DNA from: Lobosporangium transversale
Lineage: Eukaryota
Direction of reading: 5' to 3'
Assembly (NCBI RefSeq): GCF_002105155.1
Contig: NW_019029009.1
Coordinates: forward strand, 434,001 to 490,145
DNA length: 56,145 bases
A program made the translations under genes and the position numbers. The notes under the pieces were generated by a model, which saw nothing but the letters and a program-made list of their open reading frames with translations, was not told the DNA's origin and did not search any database. Positions 1 to 13,871 of the stretch are shown here, in pieces (position 1 is the first letter of the stretch; every line of letters begins with the position of its first letter).

Positions 1-1389
1 GAGGATCCCTTGAACCCGATTATAACGACAACAGCGCCGGATGATACTACTGCAGCATTTTCAAACTCGATTTTAAAGAGCACTGCTCAAGCCGAGTTCT
101 CAAGTCTGGCAAGCAAGAAACGAGATCTTGCTGCATACTCGACTTCTTTTGATACCCACAGCCCCATGGCCAAAAAGACTTCAACTTTTCAGAACATGAC
201 CCTTTCCTCTGCTTCGACTGTATTCAACAACAGCAATGACAACAATAAGCAAAGCGTGGCAGCTGAATCATCCACAAGCAATGCCGCGACTGCTGCTTCT
301 GGAGTCAGATCACAGGAGGATCTCTTGAATTCTGTCACGGATTATCTCCAATTGGCGGTCAAACAAGGGCTATTGCCTGACTGTGGCGAAGTCGGCTCTG
401 CTTCATATATGCAGGCGGCCGAGGATCTGATCCGGAAGCGCGAAGAACTTGTAAACATCATGGAAAATATTGGGAAATCTGGTTCTTCTAGTGCAGATAA
501 ACCTTACCGATGCCAAGTAAGCGGTTGCGACAAGGCGTATAAAAACCCTAATGGACTAAAATACCATAATCAACATGGACACTGTTCTGCAGCAGGTCTT
601 GGAGATTCAGAAGGTCCAGAATCAAGGCCTTATGTTTGCACATTCATGGATTGTTGCAAGCGATACAAGAACTTGAATGGTCTCAAATATCATATCGAAC
701 ACTCGCATCCCAACCTGCCCACGGCTTTGAGGGCACATCAAGCAGGTTTGACAACTCATCCCTTGCTAATCAACGGAGTCTTTGCCAATAACCAGGCTGC
801 TGCCTTGGCGGTCGCTGCTGCACTGTCTCAAGTCGAATCCTCGCCTATGATGATGGCAGCTATCAATGCTATCACGGCCTCTGCTAACAGTGCAAGCAAC
901 AACCTCAACAACAACACAAGTATCACGGGCAATAGACTCTCACCCTCATCAGATGACACGCCTGATTCGAGCCCTAATTCTAGCCCGGCCCTACGACCGG
1001 CAGCACCTACTATGCCCACTTCCAATGTCAATGCCACTGTCTCTATCCCCTCAGTCCCTTCAGTGGCCGCTTCAGCGAACATTAACAACAATATCGGCCA
1101 AAAAATGAGCATTAATACCAATAACTTGAATGTCTTCCGGAGCGGGAACAACACCTTCTCAACAGATGTCACGCCTATGGCCTCGCCTGTCCATAGTCGC
1201 GCGACCCTTCCGAGTTTGAACGTTCTATCGATCCAGACAGGCCCAGGATTGAATGGCATGACTACACCTTCATCTCTTTCTCCAACTTCTACAGTACCTA
1301 AATCCCCAACAGGCGTCACTCAGGTTTCGACCCTGACAGCTGCCCTTGCTGCCGTCACTGTGGAGCAACAGCGTCAGCAGCAATATTAA
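1..1389 (+). CDS. SFP1: Sfp1/JAZF1-like split C2H2 zinc-finger transcription factor, 5' end outside the window
   Basis: The frame is open from base 1. Two Sfp1-type fingers: KPYRCQVSGCDKAYKNPNGLKYHNQHGHC and RPYVCTFMDCCKRYKNLNGLKYHIEHSH. Stop at 1387-1389. Confidence 0.8.
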   Translation, partial: EDPLNPIITTTAPDDTTAAFSNSILKSTAQAEFSSLASKKRDLAAYSTSFDTHSPMAKKTSTFQNMTLSSASTVFNNSNDNNKQSVAAESSTSNAATAASGVRSQEDLLNSVTDYLQLAVKQGLLPDCGEVGSASYMQAAEDLIRKREELVNIMENIGKSGSSSADKPYRCQVSGCDKAYKNPNGLKYHNQHGHCSAAGLGDSEGPESRPYVCTFMDCCKRYKNLNGLKYHIEHSHPNLPTALRAHQAGLTTHPLLINGVFANNQAAALAVAAALSQVESSPMMMAAINAITASANSASNNLNNNTSITGNRLSPSSDDTPDSSPNSSPALRPAAPTMPTSNVNATVSIPSVPSVAASANINNNIGQKMSINTNNLNVFRSGNNTFSTDVTPMASPVHSRATLPSLNVLSIQTGPGLNGMTTPSSLSPTSTVPKSPTGVTQVSTLTAALAAVTVEQQRQQQY

Positions 1390-1507
1390 TAACAGCAATG
1401 AAACAGTTATCTAAAAGGATAGCTCTTTTTCCCTCTCTCTTCAGTCTTGATCATACTTCATGAAAGCTGTAAAAGCATTCGACACGTACAAACAAAAAAG
1501 AAAAAAA

Positions 1508-1539
<32 letters not shown>

Positions 1540-1683
1540 AAAAGAAAAGAGATCCTGTGCTCTGTTTTTTTTTTTTTTTTTTCTTCTGATCTATTGAGGC
1601 TGTACATGTACAAACTATCATCCATCTATTGTATTTTTTTTTTTTTCCCTTCTTCTGTTTCTTATAGTAAGTATAAAACACAT

Positions 1684-1714
<31 letters not shown>

Positions 1715-1778
1715 CAACTCCCCGCTCTTCATAAAGCTATATTGTTATTTTTTTTCATGTCCATGTCATATTATACAG

Positions 1779-1810
<32 letters not shown>

Positions 1811-1812
1811 CG

Positions 1813-2205
1813 ATTGTCATGACGAGGGATCCATTGGCGGAAGGCAAGCTTGCACCTAAATATCATGGACCATACAAAGTCATGGCCAGAATAGGAAACG
1901 GTAGCTATACTTTACTAGATGCCACCAATAGTCAACTATTATGCAACTATATGTCCCCTGAGCAACTCAAATTAGTCACACAGGTACTTAATGCTCTAAG
2001 TGATGAGTCCTACAAAGTCAAGGGTGAGATACACTCTGAAGTTGAAAGGGATATGTATGAATGGCTCCTCAGGAAAGTCGCAGTTAGCGTATGATTGATG
2101 ACTTTAATTCTGATCTGACCATTAGACAGTTATTGGAAAACGTCTTAATCAAACCAACCCTCACATTCGTGCTAAACAAAACGATAAAATGAAAAAGGGG
2201 GCGGC
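1813..2205 (+). mobile_element. Degenerate Ty3/Gypsy (chromovirus-like) pol 3' remnant
   Basis: Integrase C-terminal GPY/F motif (GKLAPKYHGPYKVMARIGNGSYTL). Decayed chromodomain-like tail (DDFNSDLTIRQ, ~2097-2130). Purine tract AAAAAGGGGGC at ~2192. Confidence 0.7.
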
Positions 2206-3055
2206 GCAAGACCAGAGGGATAGCTATGACAGATCAAGAATTACATTACAGTAAAGCATTTGATGGATTATGGAAAGGTCTTGATCTCTCCTAGGCAACA
2301 TAGGTAACTCTTCAAGGTCTTGGAGAGCTGTATTTGACGATTTATCTCATAGCCCCCCCCCCCCCCCATAGTCGCTGCTGGATTTCATCAGCTGCTTGCT
2401 CGAAAAAAAAAAAAATATTGAGTTCCCGTGATACACATCCCCGGTAACTTGGCTTCTAAATACGCCTGTTAGTGCCGTTCATTAGTTAAAACGGACCTAT
2501 TAATTAGTAAGACTTTTACCTTTTTATTTAACAATAGTCTCGCTCTCGTTACTTTGTTACTTATTATGAACCTGGAGTATTCAGAACCTTAAGCCTAATG
2601 CTTTGCTATGGTAGTCTCTAGCATTGCTAGGAAATTCGATACTACTTTACAGACTGCACGATAAACAACATCTTCGATATCCATGTAATTTTTTTTTTTT
2701 TATGTACATGTAGTTCATCATTTCATCAAAACTTGTCATTGTCTTTGGGTTAATAGTAACAAGATTTGTATATATGTATCTTAATATAATTAAATAAAAA
2801 AAAAATAAAAAAAAAAAAACTTCCCCAGTTCCAATATTTGTTTATTGATATTTACTGCATGGTTGTTATTATCAAGATTATTATTATGGAGAATAGGAAA
2901 GGGAAACATTATTGTATAGAATACGATTGAAAGACATTAAAAACGAGAGACTATGTAAAGGACTAGACGACAAAGTAACAAAAGGTATGGTAATACAATA
3001 AAAGACGAGAAAAGTAATAATAATAATAATAATAATAATAACTATAAAGACAAAT

Positions 3056-5802
3056 TTAAATATTAAAAGTCACCGTAGGTGGGTTGCGCGTTGTTGGCGT
3101 GCTACCCTCATGCAATGGACGTGATGATGGCGGCGATTGAAAGCTCATTGAAAGGCCAGGAAGCGCTCTTGTCGGTGAAGTGACACCTGTGCTATGACCA
3201 TCTGTTCTGCATTCCAGATTCAGTGCCTTATTCAGCTGTACATTAGAATTAAGTATGCCACTACCGCCATTGGAAGAGGATCCCTCATTGTGCTGATGCA
3301 GTCGAGGGGAAATAGGATTATGATCCATATGGGCGACTCTGCCGATGGCCCTTGAATCCGATAAAATATCATCATCTGCTGCAGTAGAATGTTGATTCTG
3401 TTCACTCTTGGCCTCTCTGGTGACGCGTGCACACTCCACATGGAGAGCGTCTATCCATTGAAGAAGAGTGTCCTCATCCGGCGCACACAAAACAATGCTC
3501 TTCTTGCTACTGGTGACAATGCGTAGGCAATATTGTTTATGCTTCGAAACAGGATCAGTCTGTAGACTATCGATAATGGTCGATAGTGGGATGATCCCAA
3601 GTGGTTGATACTCCTTTGCGTTTTTGTAATATGTCAATTTATCGCCACGGAGCACAAACCATTTCTTTCGCCATGTCTAGGACATTGAAAATCGGGATTA
3701 AAAAAAAAAAAAAAAAAAAAAAAAGGTTTAATATTACGACAGTATTGAAGAGCTTACAAGCCTATAATGTTTATAATTCCTTTGTATGCGACCCACAAAA
3801 AATAAGTAAAATAAAATAAAATAAAGCTGCCATGTCTGCATTACCTTGTATGTCTTGCCAAGTTTCAGGAGATAACCTTGTCGAACAACCTTGCTCTCAA
3901 GCTGTTCTCCAGTAACTAAGCCTGATCCTGGAGCATTTGCTGCTGCTGCTACACGCCCAGCCTCCAAGACTGTAGGATCATCTGCCACGTCCTCTTCCTC
4001 AGACGACACGTTGTGGTCCCCCATGCCAAATTGATCTCCTCCAGATCCAAACCCTGGTGAATTGGGTGTACAAGGAGAGACAATGAAAGATTGATTCGAC
4101 GAAAACGAATTTGCAGGGAGTTCGTTAGGGTCATGGTGTCCCTGCCGGGCAGCAGGGGATGAGGGTGATGCGAGGCCACCAATGCGAATAGCCTGTGTTC
4201 CTGATGTGATGAGAGACAAGCCGTCGCCCGTCCTATTGCTGTTTGGCTGTAGATGTCTGCCGCTCGTACCAGTGTTAACAACGTGACTATTGTTATTCCC
4301 AGGCGAGACAATTGCTGGCATTTGCCCAGCTGATTGGCTCATGATTCCTAGAGAAAGCCCAGAGAGCCTCTGATCTGGATTACGAGAGAGTGGAGATGGA
4401 GGTGACAAATTCCTTCCTGTCTGTCCGAGCGCCAGCAGTCCTGAATCCGAGATTGACATCGGGTTGGGTGGTCTACGTGATAAAAGTGCGTCAGATTTTT
4501 TTGATCCTAATTGAGGTGCGGAGCTTGACTGTACCTCCTGTTGAGCGTTTGATCCCGGATGCGAAAGTTCAATATCTGAGCTTGATGTCAAGTCGTATTG
4601 CATCTTAGCCTGATTGATTGCCTGAATCCACTCCTCCATTTCAGCCACACTATCGGCCTGTACAGTGAACGTGCGTTTGGGTGTGAGGATCACAAAGACA
4701 CCCGTTTTGTTCTTGACCATCACCTCTGCTGCCTTGTGAATGTCCCTGATGTCGATAATTCTAAGGAGCACATACTCCTTACTGTCCTTGTAGTATGCAA
4801 GCTTTGAGGTTCGAAGTACGAACCATTTCTTCTTCCAAATCTATTAAGGACCAAGCATGTGAAAAAAAGAAAAAAAGAAAAAAAAAAAAAAAAAAGTTGA
4901 GCAACATTAATAAAATACGCTAGTACTAATCATGGCTTGAATCTCATTGATTTAGCGCCATCATTATAAAATCACACGAAGCTTATTAGTGTGGAAGAAG
5001 AAAATAATAAAAGTACCCTTGCGCTTTCTAGATTACAGAGCTGCAGGGACTAGGACTGACTGACCAATGATCGGCTCAGTGGTTCATTCTACCATATGCA
5101 ACAATGTCAATGCTCCGATGCTCACACAATTGGTATAAATAAGTTCAATCATGAAGAGAGCATGTCACTCCTAAGCTCTAATATGGACCATTAAGGCCTA
5201 TTCTTGTGAAAGAAGGACCCCGTCCAATCCAGTCTTTTATCATAACCCGTTCATATGCAATAACAACAGTGAAAGTAGCGAAAGGCAATGAAGGAAAAAA
5301 CAAATAAAATGCAGGAAAAAAAAAAAAATATATCTGGGCTGAGCTGATGCTGAGCTGATGCTGAGCTGATGCTGAGCTTAGCAAACAACTCTTATAAACA
5401 CACAGCATTCACACAGGGCTTTGTAATTGTCGTATAAAGTGATCGAAAACGTTGGTACATGATTTTTTTGAAGGGGGGCTTTGCACTCTTCCTTATTTTT
5501 ACCTTGATACGTTCGCCTTTTTTAATAAGATATCCAGACTTGAGAATCTGGCCTTCGTGTAAGGTCTCTTGTGACTGATCCATATCCAGTTCTGCCTCCA
5601 TGTCTGAGTCATACTGCTCACAGTGATCGTCTGCAAACGTGACTCCAGGAGAAACAATGCCTGCTTGTGCGATGGATTGTGATTGCTGTGGATGTTGAAC
5701 ATCAGAAGATCTAGTTATTATTGGATATGGTCGCGTCGGTGATGCTGGCGAATTGGGCATTTGTTGTGAATGTCGGTGTTGTGGATCTGTTGCAAAAGAC
5801 AT
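3056..5802 (-). CDS. Tandem PH-domain protein (Opy1-like); exons 5802-5503, 4840-3845, 3676-3056; ~638 aa
   Basis: Two PH domains (KSGYLIKKGERIK|IWKKKWFVLR and RQGYLLKLGKTYK|TWRKKWFVLR). GT-AG introns join the exons in frame. Confidence 0.85.
5338..5378 (+). repeat. 11-bp minisatellite (GCTGAGCTGAT) x ~3.7 in intron 1 of the PH gene
   Basis: Directly visible tandem repeat. Confidence 0.85.
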
Positions 5803-6687
5803 TGTTACTGGAGTAGTGTCCGTCCTATGGGTGATACCATGACCTTCTCCTGACAGGACAGGCGTATCAGTGAACTGTGAAGGCAGAAAATAAAGTTGTA
5901 TGAAAATAAAACAGTGGTATTAGATGCGATTGTCCTTGTAGGGTCCAACTCCTACCGCGCAGACAGCAGTAGGGAGCTTTTTACTGAATACGAGAGTTGA
6001 ATTGGGTGACAATGATGGCTGTGTTGTTGGAAAAAAGAAAGGCTGTACTCTTCAAGGTCAACTGTCCAACATGATTGTTTTTTTATTTTAGTTTTTATTT
6101 TTGACCTGCACTGCACCACATTGTCGTTGTTGTACGCTCTTTACAGATGGTATTTGAATCTTGGCTGCGTTGATTGCTTTCTCATGTGGTTTCTTCTGTG
6201 CTCAGCAGCCTGTTGCATCAATGATTTTACTTTTTCTTTCCAAGGGCTGGAGTGATGTCCTTTGTTGCTTTATGAATGAATACCTGAGTGGTAGTCGTCA
6301 TTGTTCACCGAAAAGGGAAGGAAGGAAAAGAAAAGCAAAAAAAAAAAAAAAGAATCGCAAAGAGTCGCAAAGAGTCGTTCGATTATATGATAGTTAGAAG
6401 TAAAGAGATGGTGTATAATATGTGCAAATGTTTGTAAGTAAATGTGGATGGTGAAATGACTGAAAAAACAAAAAAGAGAGAGGGAGTAGAAAATATAATG
6501 AGACCAATGCCAAAAAAAAAAAATCAAAGACCGAGAACGATGTTGCAATTACAGGATGTACGCATAGAATGATGTGTGTCTGTGGAGAGAGAGAGAACGC
6601 CCTTTCTGTTGATGCACAGCAAATGAGCATTCGTCATTTTTATTTTTAAAATCCATCTTATCTAGTTTGTGACATAACGGTGAAGAG

Positions 6688-7659
6688 TTACCACAATCCG
6701 AAAAAATTAAATCCGTAGCTGGATCCAGGCGCCTTTTGTCCGCGATGGAGTTTATAGCACTCTACGACATGCTTACCCGCCGTTGTCTTTCGTAGTTCCT
6801 GGCAGAACGACTGAGCCTCAGGCGTCCACTCTGTGACCGGGGGCACCCATGCTCCATAACCATCTTCTTGCAATACCCCAACGACCATTGCGGCCAAACT
6901 CGCCAACGTTAGATCAGCTGCTGTGAATTGATTGCCAATCAGATATGCTGGACCTGGTGGGCCAGACTCAAGAACACGCGAGATGTGTTCAAATTCACGT
7001 CGGATGATATCCTTGGATCGCGCTGCAGAGGCATCGTTGACATGAAACAGTTTAATTAAGATATAGGAGATCAATGGGAAAAATAAACTCCAGATCCATG
7101 ACTGAAGCTTGCCAGCATTGTCGTGATGGCCAAGTGCTCGGCCAACCTTTTTAGGTGACTTGATCAATGCTTCATAATATACATATCGTCTGACATGTGG
7201 CCCAATCATTTTGTCAAATCGGTCTTCAAGTGCCAAGATCTTCGCTTTAGTCTCTTCGTTGTTCGAGTAGAGGCTAGTAGGAGCGGACTTGCTGTCGCCG
7301 GCAGGGGCCCCATATTGGTCAGAGAGGAAGCTCATGATGGCAGTTGAGTCATTAAATGTGATACATTCCTTTGCCTCTAATTTCTTTCCTGCTGCAGCCG
7401 TAGTTGGGGTTACCATCAAAAATGGGGTGACAAAGGGACTTCCTTCGGCAACCCAAGGTGCTCCCTTTGCCCTGTACTTGAACATGGAGATCATATGACA
7501 CATAGGCAAAGACCGATACTCGACGTAAGGGATTTGAAAGTAGTCCAAGGCCCATCTTGCTTTCTCGTTGTAGTGCGAGAAGGGAATAGATCTTAGACTG
7601 AAGTGGAGACCATCCTTGGTACTCAAGACCTCTTTCTGAGAAACACTGTCAGTGTCCAT
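6688..7659 (-). CDS. Glutathione S-transferase family protein, intronless CDS, 323 aa
   Basis: N-terminal SIPFSHYNEKARWALD, ...FVTP...NDSTAI; C-terminal YLIGNQFTAADLTLASL. Confidence 0.85.
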   Translation of the reverse strand: MDTDSVSQKEVLSTKDGLHFSLRSIPFSHYNEKARWALDYFQIPYVEYRSLPMCHMISMFKYRAKGAPWVAEGSPFVTPFLMVTPTTAAAGKKLEAKECITFNDSTAIMSFLSDQYGAPAGDSKSAPTSLYSNNEETKAKILALEDRFDKMIGPHVRRYVYYEALIKSPKKVGRALGHHDNAGKLQSWIWSLFFPLISYILIKLFHVNDASAARSKDIIRREFEHISRVLESGPPGPAYLIGNQFTAADLTLASLAAMVVGVLQEDGYGAWVPPVTEWTPEAQSFCQELRKTTAGKHVVECYKLHRGQKAPGSSYGFNFFGLW

Positions 7660-8014
7660 TGTTTCTACTGGAATGACCTGTAAAATGTTAAAGAATGAAG
7701 GAATGAAGGAATGGAGGAATAAATGATTAACAGATTCATAAGGCCTTATTAAGCGACATCATTCCTATTATTGTTGTGGCATTTTTTATTTGTAATTGTG
7801 ATACTTCACGACTGCGCTTGGGGCGGCGGATGTAGGTTGGCAGGAACGCTCCCGTGATGATTGAGCCATGCCCATCAAAGTCGGGCAATTTGGCTGGCAT
7901 TAAAAATTAGACGGTATCCCCGGCTACTTCAGACGTCTCTCCTTTTTAACATTGTTTTTTGTTTCTTTCTTCTCATCATTTTATTTTTTTCCCCCTATTT
8001 TTCGCTGACAAGCC

Positions 8015-9270
8015 ATGCCACAAGTTCGTGTCGTCTCTTTGGAGCAAGTTGCTACCATTCTCCAAGAGATAGATATTGAAAATATCCTTGTCAGTCAAGC
8101 AAAGGCTTTCAACGCTTATACGTGAGTTTCTTTTTTCATCTTCATTAAATCGATCGGTCGATCAGAGTTATTCCTACTCACCTTTCTTCTACATGTCTTT
8201 ATCAAAAAAAAAAAAAAAAAAAATGTCTTAGAGCAAAGCAAACTCAGACACCTCAGAGATCCACTCTTAATACTGATGCTCATACAACGCTCATCATGCC
8301 TTCACGCATCAATACTCAAACTTCAGTCATTAAAGTCGTCTCTGTCCCAAAGAAAGATACCAAGAATGGTCTTCCAGGTGTCACCCTCGTCCTCAACAAT
8401 GACACTGGTGAGCCCCGAGGCCTCATTAATGCACGTCTTCTCACAGCAGTCAGGACCGCCGCAGGGTCAGCTCTGGCGACACGAGCTATTTTTCATAATA
8501 ACAACAGGAATAACAATAGAAACCTCACACTCGTTGTCTTCGGAGCAGGAGCTCAAGCCAAGGCGCACATCCAGTTGCTCATCCATGTCTTACCCCAGAT
8601 TCATAACGTCATTGTCTGCAACCGTACACTCCCACGCGCTCTCGAATTGATCAAAGAACTTCAGCCTCAGTATCTTGACGGAGATGTGAAGATGATTGCA
8701 TTCAGTATCAGCACAGGTGAATCTTCTACAACTGGACCTGAACAACAACAACAACAACAACAGCATCAGCAACAATCTAAAGAAGATGAATTCAAGAAGA
8801 TCATTCAGAACGCCCACGTTATCTGCACATGCACTAATAGCACAGAGGCTTTATTCCCAGGAGAATGGGTCACACCTGGAACACATATCAATATGGTCGG
8901 ATCATTCAAGCCAGAGATGCACGAAGTGGATCAGACTTTGATTAAAAGAGCTCATGTCCTGGTCGATGCACAAGCAGAGTGTGAGCATGAGGCCGGAGAA
9001 TTGATCCTGGCAAAGAAATTGACAGGACAGAATGGAGTTTTAACAGAACTGGGAGAGATATTTGGAAAGGATGGACAATTGAACAAAGCAACTTTCCCAA
9101 AAGAATTCAGCACATTGACGTCATCACCAACGGCCGATCCGAATAGAGAGTATTCCAAAGATGTATCGATCTTTAAGAGTGTAGGCATTGCTGCACAGGA
9201 TGTCGCCATCACTTCTTTAGTGCTAGACTATGCAGAAGCAAAGAATATCGGTTCTACAGTTGACATGTAA
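8015..9270 (+). CDS. Ornithine cyclodeaminase / mu-crystallin family protein; exons 8015-8121, 8232-9270; ~381 aa
   Basis: LTAVRTAAGS, Rossmann VFGAGAQA, GTHINMVGS, EAGEL and FKSVGIAAQD motifs. The GTGAGT...TAG intron restores the frame. Confidence 0.9.
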
Positions 9271-9870
9271 ATAAATATATAGAATGCTTCTTTCCCTTCT
9301 GTGAAAATGAATAAGGGTGTTCTTACTTTTTACAGAATCACGCGTATTAATGTTCATGTTTGCCCAGGCACGTCATCTAAAGAGGGCATTGAGGTTCAAC
9401 TCTGTTCACCAAGGTTCTAAGCAATCAATTCTTTGATCTTGTCTATTGCCTTAATCCTACATCACATCTTCGTATAATAGCAGAATTAGTGCTATATGCC
9501 CTTTCTACAGCTGTTTAAATGTAATATTTTCATACCGTCCTTCTATCAACATTAGCAAAAGCTATTCATGTGATTGATACAACGCCTCTCAATTCAATTT
9601 AATGCTCATTGAAAAAAAAAAAAAAAAAAAAAAAAAGAGTCTTTGAACGCGTTCCAATAGAAATAAGAGTTGTGGATAGTATCCAATCTGCAGAGTAGGG
9701 CAGATGCGAGAATAGATGCGTTTTTAAATGGAGATACGATTTTTCCTAGCAATGACATGGAGGAGTCAGCACGCAAAAGCGGGTTTAAAACTCATATATG
9801 AAAAGCCGTTAACAAGGCAAAGTTTTATTAATTGTGCTGTATTGTACTATGTTGTGTTGACATTAAAGCC

Positions 9871-12453
9871 TTAGTTACAGCTACATGCTCCAGCATAACA
9901 TCCAACGCATGATGCCGAATGCACTCCTGCCGTCTTAAGGATCAAGTTTATGATCGAAAACGTTCCTTCACCCAATACGAAGCCTGATGCGATAATGATC
10001 AAAAACACTCGGCCCAGTTTGGCATACTTGGCTTTCGGATGACCCGCATACTTCTTACAATGCCAGTCCCACCAGAGTGATACTACACCGCCTACAAAAC
10101 GAGCCAACGTAAAATTTGGTAGGTTGTACATGCCAATTGCAAACGCAATTCCTGAGGGGATCCATCCTATCCATCGTGGCCGGCCTTGTGCGGACCCGTT
10201 TGTTTTTCGAGATCGTAAGATGGCTACATCTGAGAAGATGACTGAGACCAATGTCAAGACCGCAAAGAAAGCAGCGAATCCCCAGATAAAGGGACCCGTG
10301 TTATATGGCAACGAATGCCCATTCACTAAACGAGCAAGATCAAGCCAAACTTTCGCAGTCGGGACCGCAAATTGAGGTCCTGGGAGCTCATACGCACTCG
10401 AGTACAGCCTGTATACACCTGTGGAAATGAATACCGACGCAAGAGACCCGATCAATTGTGCATAAAACTGTGCTTTGGGTGAGGCATCCAAAAGGTGTCC
10501 TGTTTTAAGATCCTGCATCAAATCGCCAGCCTGCTGAGCTCCAGCCTCTGCAATACCGCCTGCAATCAGGTTAGCTACGATACCTCCAGGGACAACACCT
10601 GCAAAAACAAACTGTGAGACCTTGCCGATACCGCTGACAGGATTAAGGTCTGTTGATCCTAGTGCACGAACACCCAGAACTGAAAGGATACATCCAAGCA
10701 CGACCGCCAACAATGTTGCATAGACAGGCATGTGTTGATCCTTAAAGACGATCCAGATCAACAGCAGGCAGAGAGCTGTTGACAACAGCAGGCCACACAC
10801 CCAAACCTTGAGCGGAACCAGCTGATCAATAGGAGCATCTTCTTCCTCAAGGTCTTCTTCAGCATCCAGTTCACTAAAGGCTTCAATCTCAGCCCCAGTT
10901 TGAGAAGCCGAAGCCTCTAGGGCTGCCCTGCGCTCCGCGCGGCGCTTCTCACGTACTCTGCGGCGATAATGGACAATCAATGAGAGGACAATGACTCCCA
11001 ACAACGAAACTACGGCTTCTGCGATCATAACACCAAGAGAAATCCAAAGAATCCAACCACGAGCACCTGTGGTAGAGCTTCCTACAGGTCCAGTCACCCA
11101 CTTCTTGTTCGTCACAATCGGAGATAGAATAGCCCAACCAACAATACAGCCGAATAGCATAGATGCAGTCGTAGGGAATCCCATGATGACGCCTTGCCCT
11201 ACATAACTAAGTGAAGGAGTCAAGAACCATTGCCACGTACTAGCGACTGATACTGTCATACCAGAAAGCCAGTCAAAGATAGGGACTGTTGCAACCACAG
11301 GGAAAAAGTAGGACAACAATGTATACAGAGCTGATGCGCCAAAAGATAGACCTAATGCAATCATGTTGATGCGCCAATTATCCTCCTGCAAGAAATTTCG
11401 ACTCAGACTAAAATGTTCACCATTTTCACCCTTGATCTCCACAACCTCTGCATCATCATTGCTATCGCTGTAAATATCCTTGGCACCATAATCAACAGGG
11501 GCCACTTGGCCCAATGGTTGTTGAGCACCTGGGATGTTATGGTCCAAAGGTTGATCAATCGATCCAGAATTAGAGTCCTTGATATTATCCAATCCTTTTT
11601 CTTCATCGCCTTCCTTCTTCTCTGTATAGACATTGCGCCTACGAATGCCCTGAGCATCTGGATAGGATGAATTTGATGTCTCTTCAAGGGTAGAGGTATT
11701 GTGGTGGCGGCGAAGGGGTGCACGGACAACCAAGGGCGTGTTATGCAGGACACCAATCATTTGAGCTGTGGCAGTTCCTGAGGGAAAAGGTAGCTTCTCC
11801 TTGACTATAACCTGTCGCCTCAAAGGGACAGCAATGAACACTCCAAAGAACGCGATGGCCAGACTCCAAAGGATCATATTTCCTGTCGAGAGATAATAGC
11901 CGCCTCCAGGATGGTTGGCTGTTGGAGGGTTGTCTGCTGTAGTCATCATCTGTAGTGCTGGGATGATGCCCACAAATCCAGCCGCTAAGGGCATCGTACC
12001 AGTAGCCACAGCCACCGACTGGAGGACAATGTTCTCTGCAGGACCAAAAGGTACTTTCAGATACCGTTTAGCACCCTTGAATAGCGCAAATCCCAAAAGA
12101 GAGGATTGTAACGACATCATACTGATCCATCCAGTTTGGAGTCCAAAATACATATTGGTGAAACATAGTAGGGTCCCAATCAGGATACCAACTATAACGG
12201 AACGCCACTAGATGTTGACATGAAGGAAAAACAAGAGGGATTTAGAGATGTAGAATAAGAATAAGATGCAAAGATGGAAGAGTAACCTAAAAAAAATAAA
12301 AAAATAAAAACTCCAAATTTCAGCTTTTATTTTATTTTATTTTTTTACCGTAAAGTGTGGCAAGTTATGGTGAGGAAAATCCTCGAGGATTTGTGTTGTC
12401 CTCTCTTGTTGTTGCCATTGTGTCCGCTCATGACCAGGCACCGTATCCGCCAT
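9871..12453 (-). CDS. OPT/YSL-family oligopeptide transporter; exons 12453-12349, 12207-9871; ~813 aa
   Basis: FT|WRSVIVG, NMYFGLQTGW, KLPFPSGTATA, TDLNPVSGIGK and DLMQDLKTGHL motifs; many hydrophobic segments. Confidence 0.92.
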
Positions 12454-13354
12454 AGTGGATATTATCACTTATTAGATATTACTGGGTAATAATAAGGCAC
12501 TGTTCAAGAATGTGTATGAAGACTTTCTTTTTGTACTGAATGTTTAGAAAATATTAAGAAAAATTAGTAAAACAAAAAAAAGTAAGAAAGGAGAAGAAAC
12601 AAAGGGCACGGTACGATATAGATGAATTGTTGGTGGGGGAAGAGAGTTCGGTCTTCGAAGGAGGAGGAGAGAGAGAGGAGACAGAAAAAGAAAGAAAAGT
12701 GCAAGAGAGAAACACTGTTTATCTTTTATGTCAATCTCATCCTCAAGAGTCAAGAGGCGATCGGTACTAAAAAAAAAAAACCACTAATTGACTAACTGTG
12801 GGGAATGTTGACAGGACTTGCTTGAAATGGTGTGTGATAAGACACAAAACGCCCATTTTTGTGTCTTCTGTACTACATTCTACACCCAATTAAACAAAAC
12901 TGTCCATGAGGATTGGCTTTCCATGCTAAAAAAGATTAAAGTGATGACGAGTCCTCTTCCCACAATCACGCAACCACATAACAAACGAACAAACTTGTCC
13001 AACTTTGGTTTTGATTACAAACCAACAGTTTTTTTTTTTTTTTTTTCCTTCTTTTTCTTTTTTCTCTGCATTACGCGCGGCGTTTGCATGCTCTTGTTAT
13101 TTCTACCGACTGACATGAACGGAATACATTGGTTATTCAAAATTGTGTCATCTCATGCCATTGATAAACAGTACAATACAGGAAAGGTTGCTGCATCTGT
13201 ATCAACTCCGCAGCAATGAAAGCCGAAGTGAAAAGTGGTTACAGATGGTGTTGATCAAGATAACCTAAAGTAAAACGCTAGCTATCATTTTGTCGAATAT
13301 TTTTGTGGATGCTTTAATGCTTTAACAGAAAATGCATAAAGTTCCAACTCATCA

Positions 13355-13385
<31 letters not shown>

Positions 13386-13871
13386 TCCTATAAGCACCAT
13401 AATCAGTAACAAAAAAAAAAAAATAAAAAAGCTAAACTAAATGCCTGTTTAATAATAGCCATGTGTCAATAGAAAGACTCCTACTCCTCGGCCTCGGTCA
13501 CAAATGGCTTCCTTTCGGATCATTGGCATTTCGTTAGCTCGAACCTGTTGACAGAGTCGCCGTCGATAATGATTATGATCTTGCCGAACTGCCTTTTCTT
13601 CATCCGTAGTTGCCACCAATCTCATGACCTCCATTCCAATCCGATCGAAAGCATTTGTCCCCGCAAAACATCTATGGTTTATCTTCAACATTCCTGATCC
13701 TGGTACTGATATTTTTCTGCTCCTCGTCATTAATAATTTTCTCGTCTTTATTTGCTGCTTCTTTGATTGCTCATACCCCATAGTCTTGTACACCATACTA
13801 ACTCGCCCCTTTTTCCTTGCCCCCTGTTCGCTCATCCAGTATATCTTGGCCAAGGATTTAACTACGCAGAG

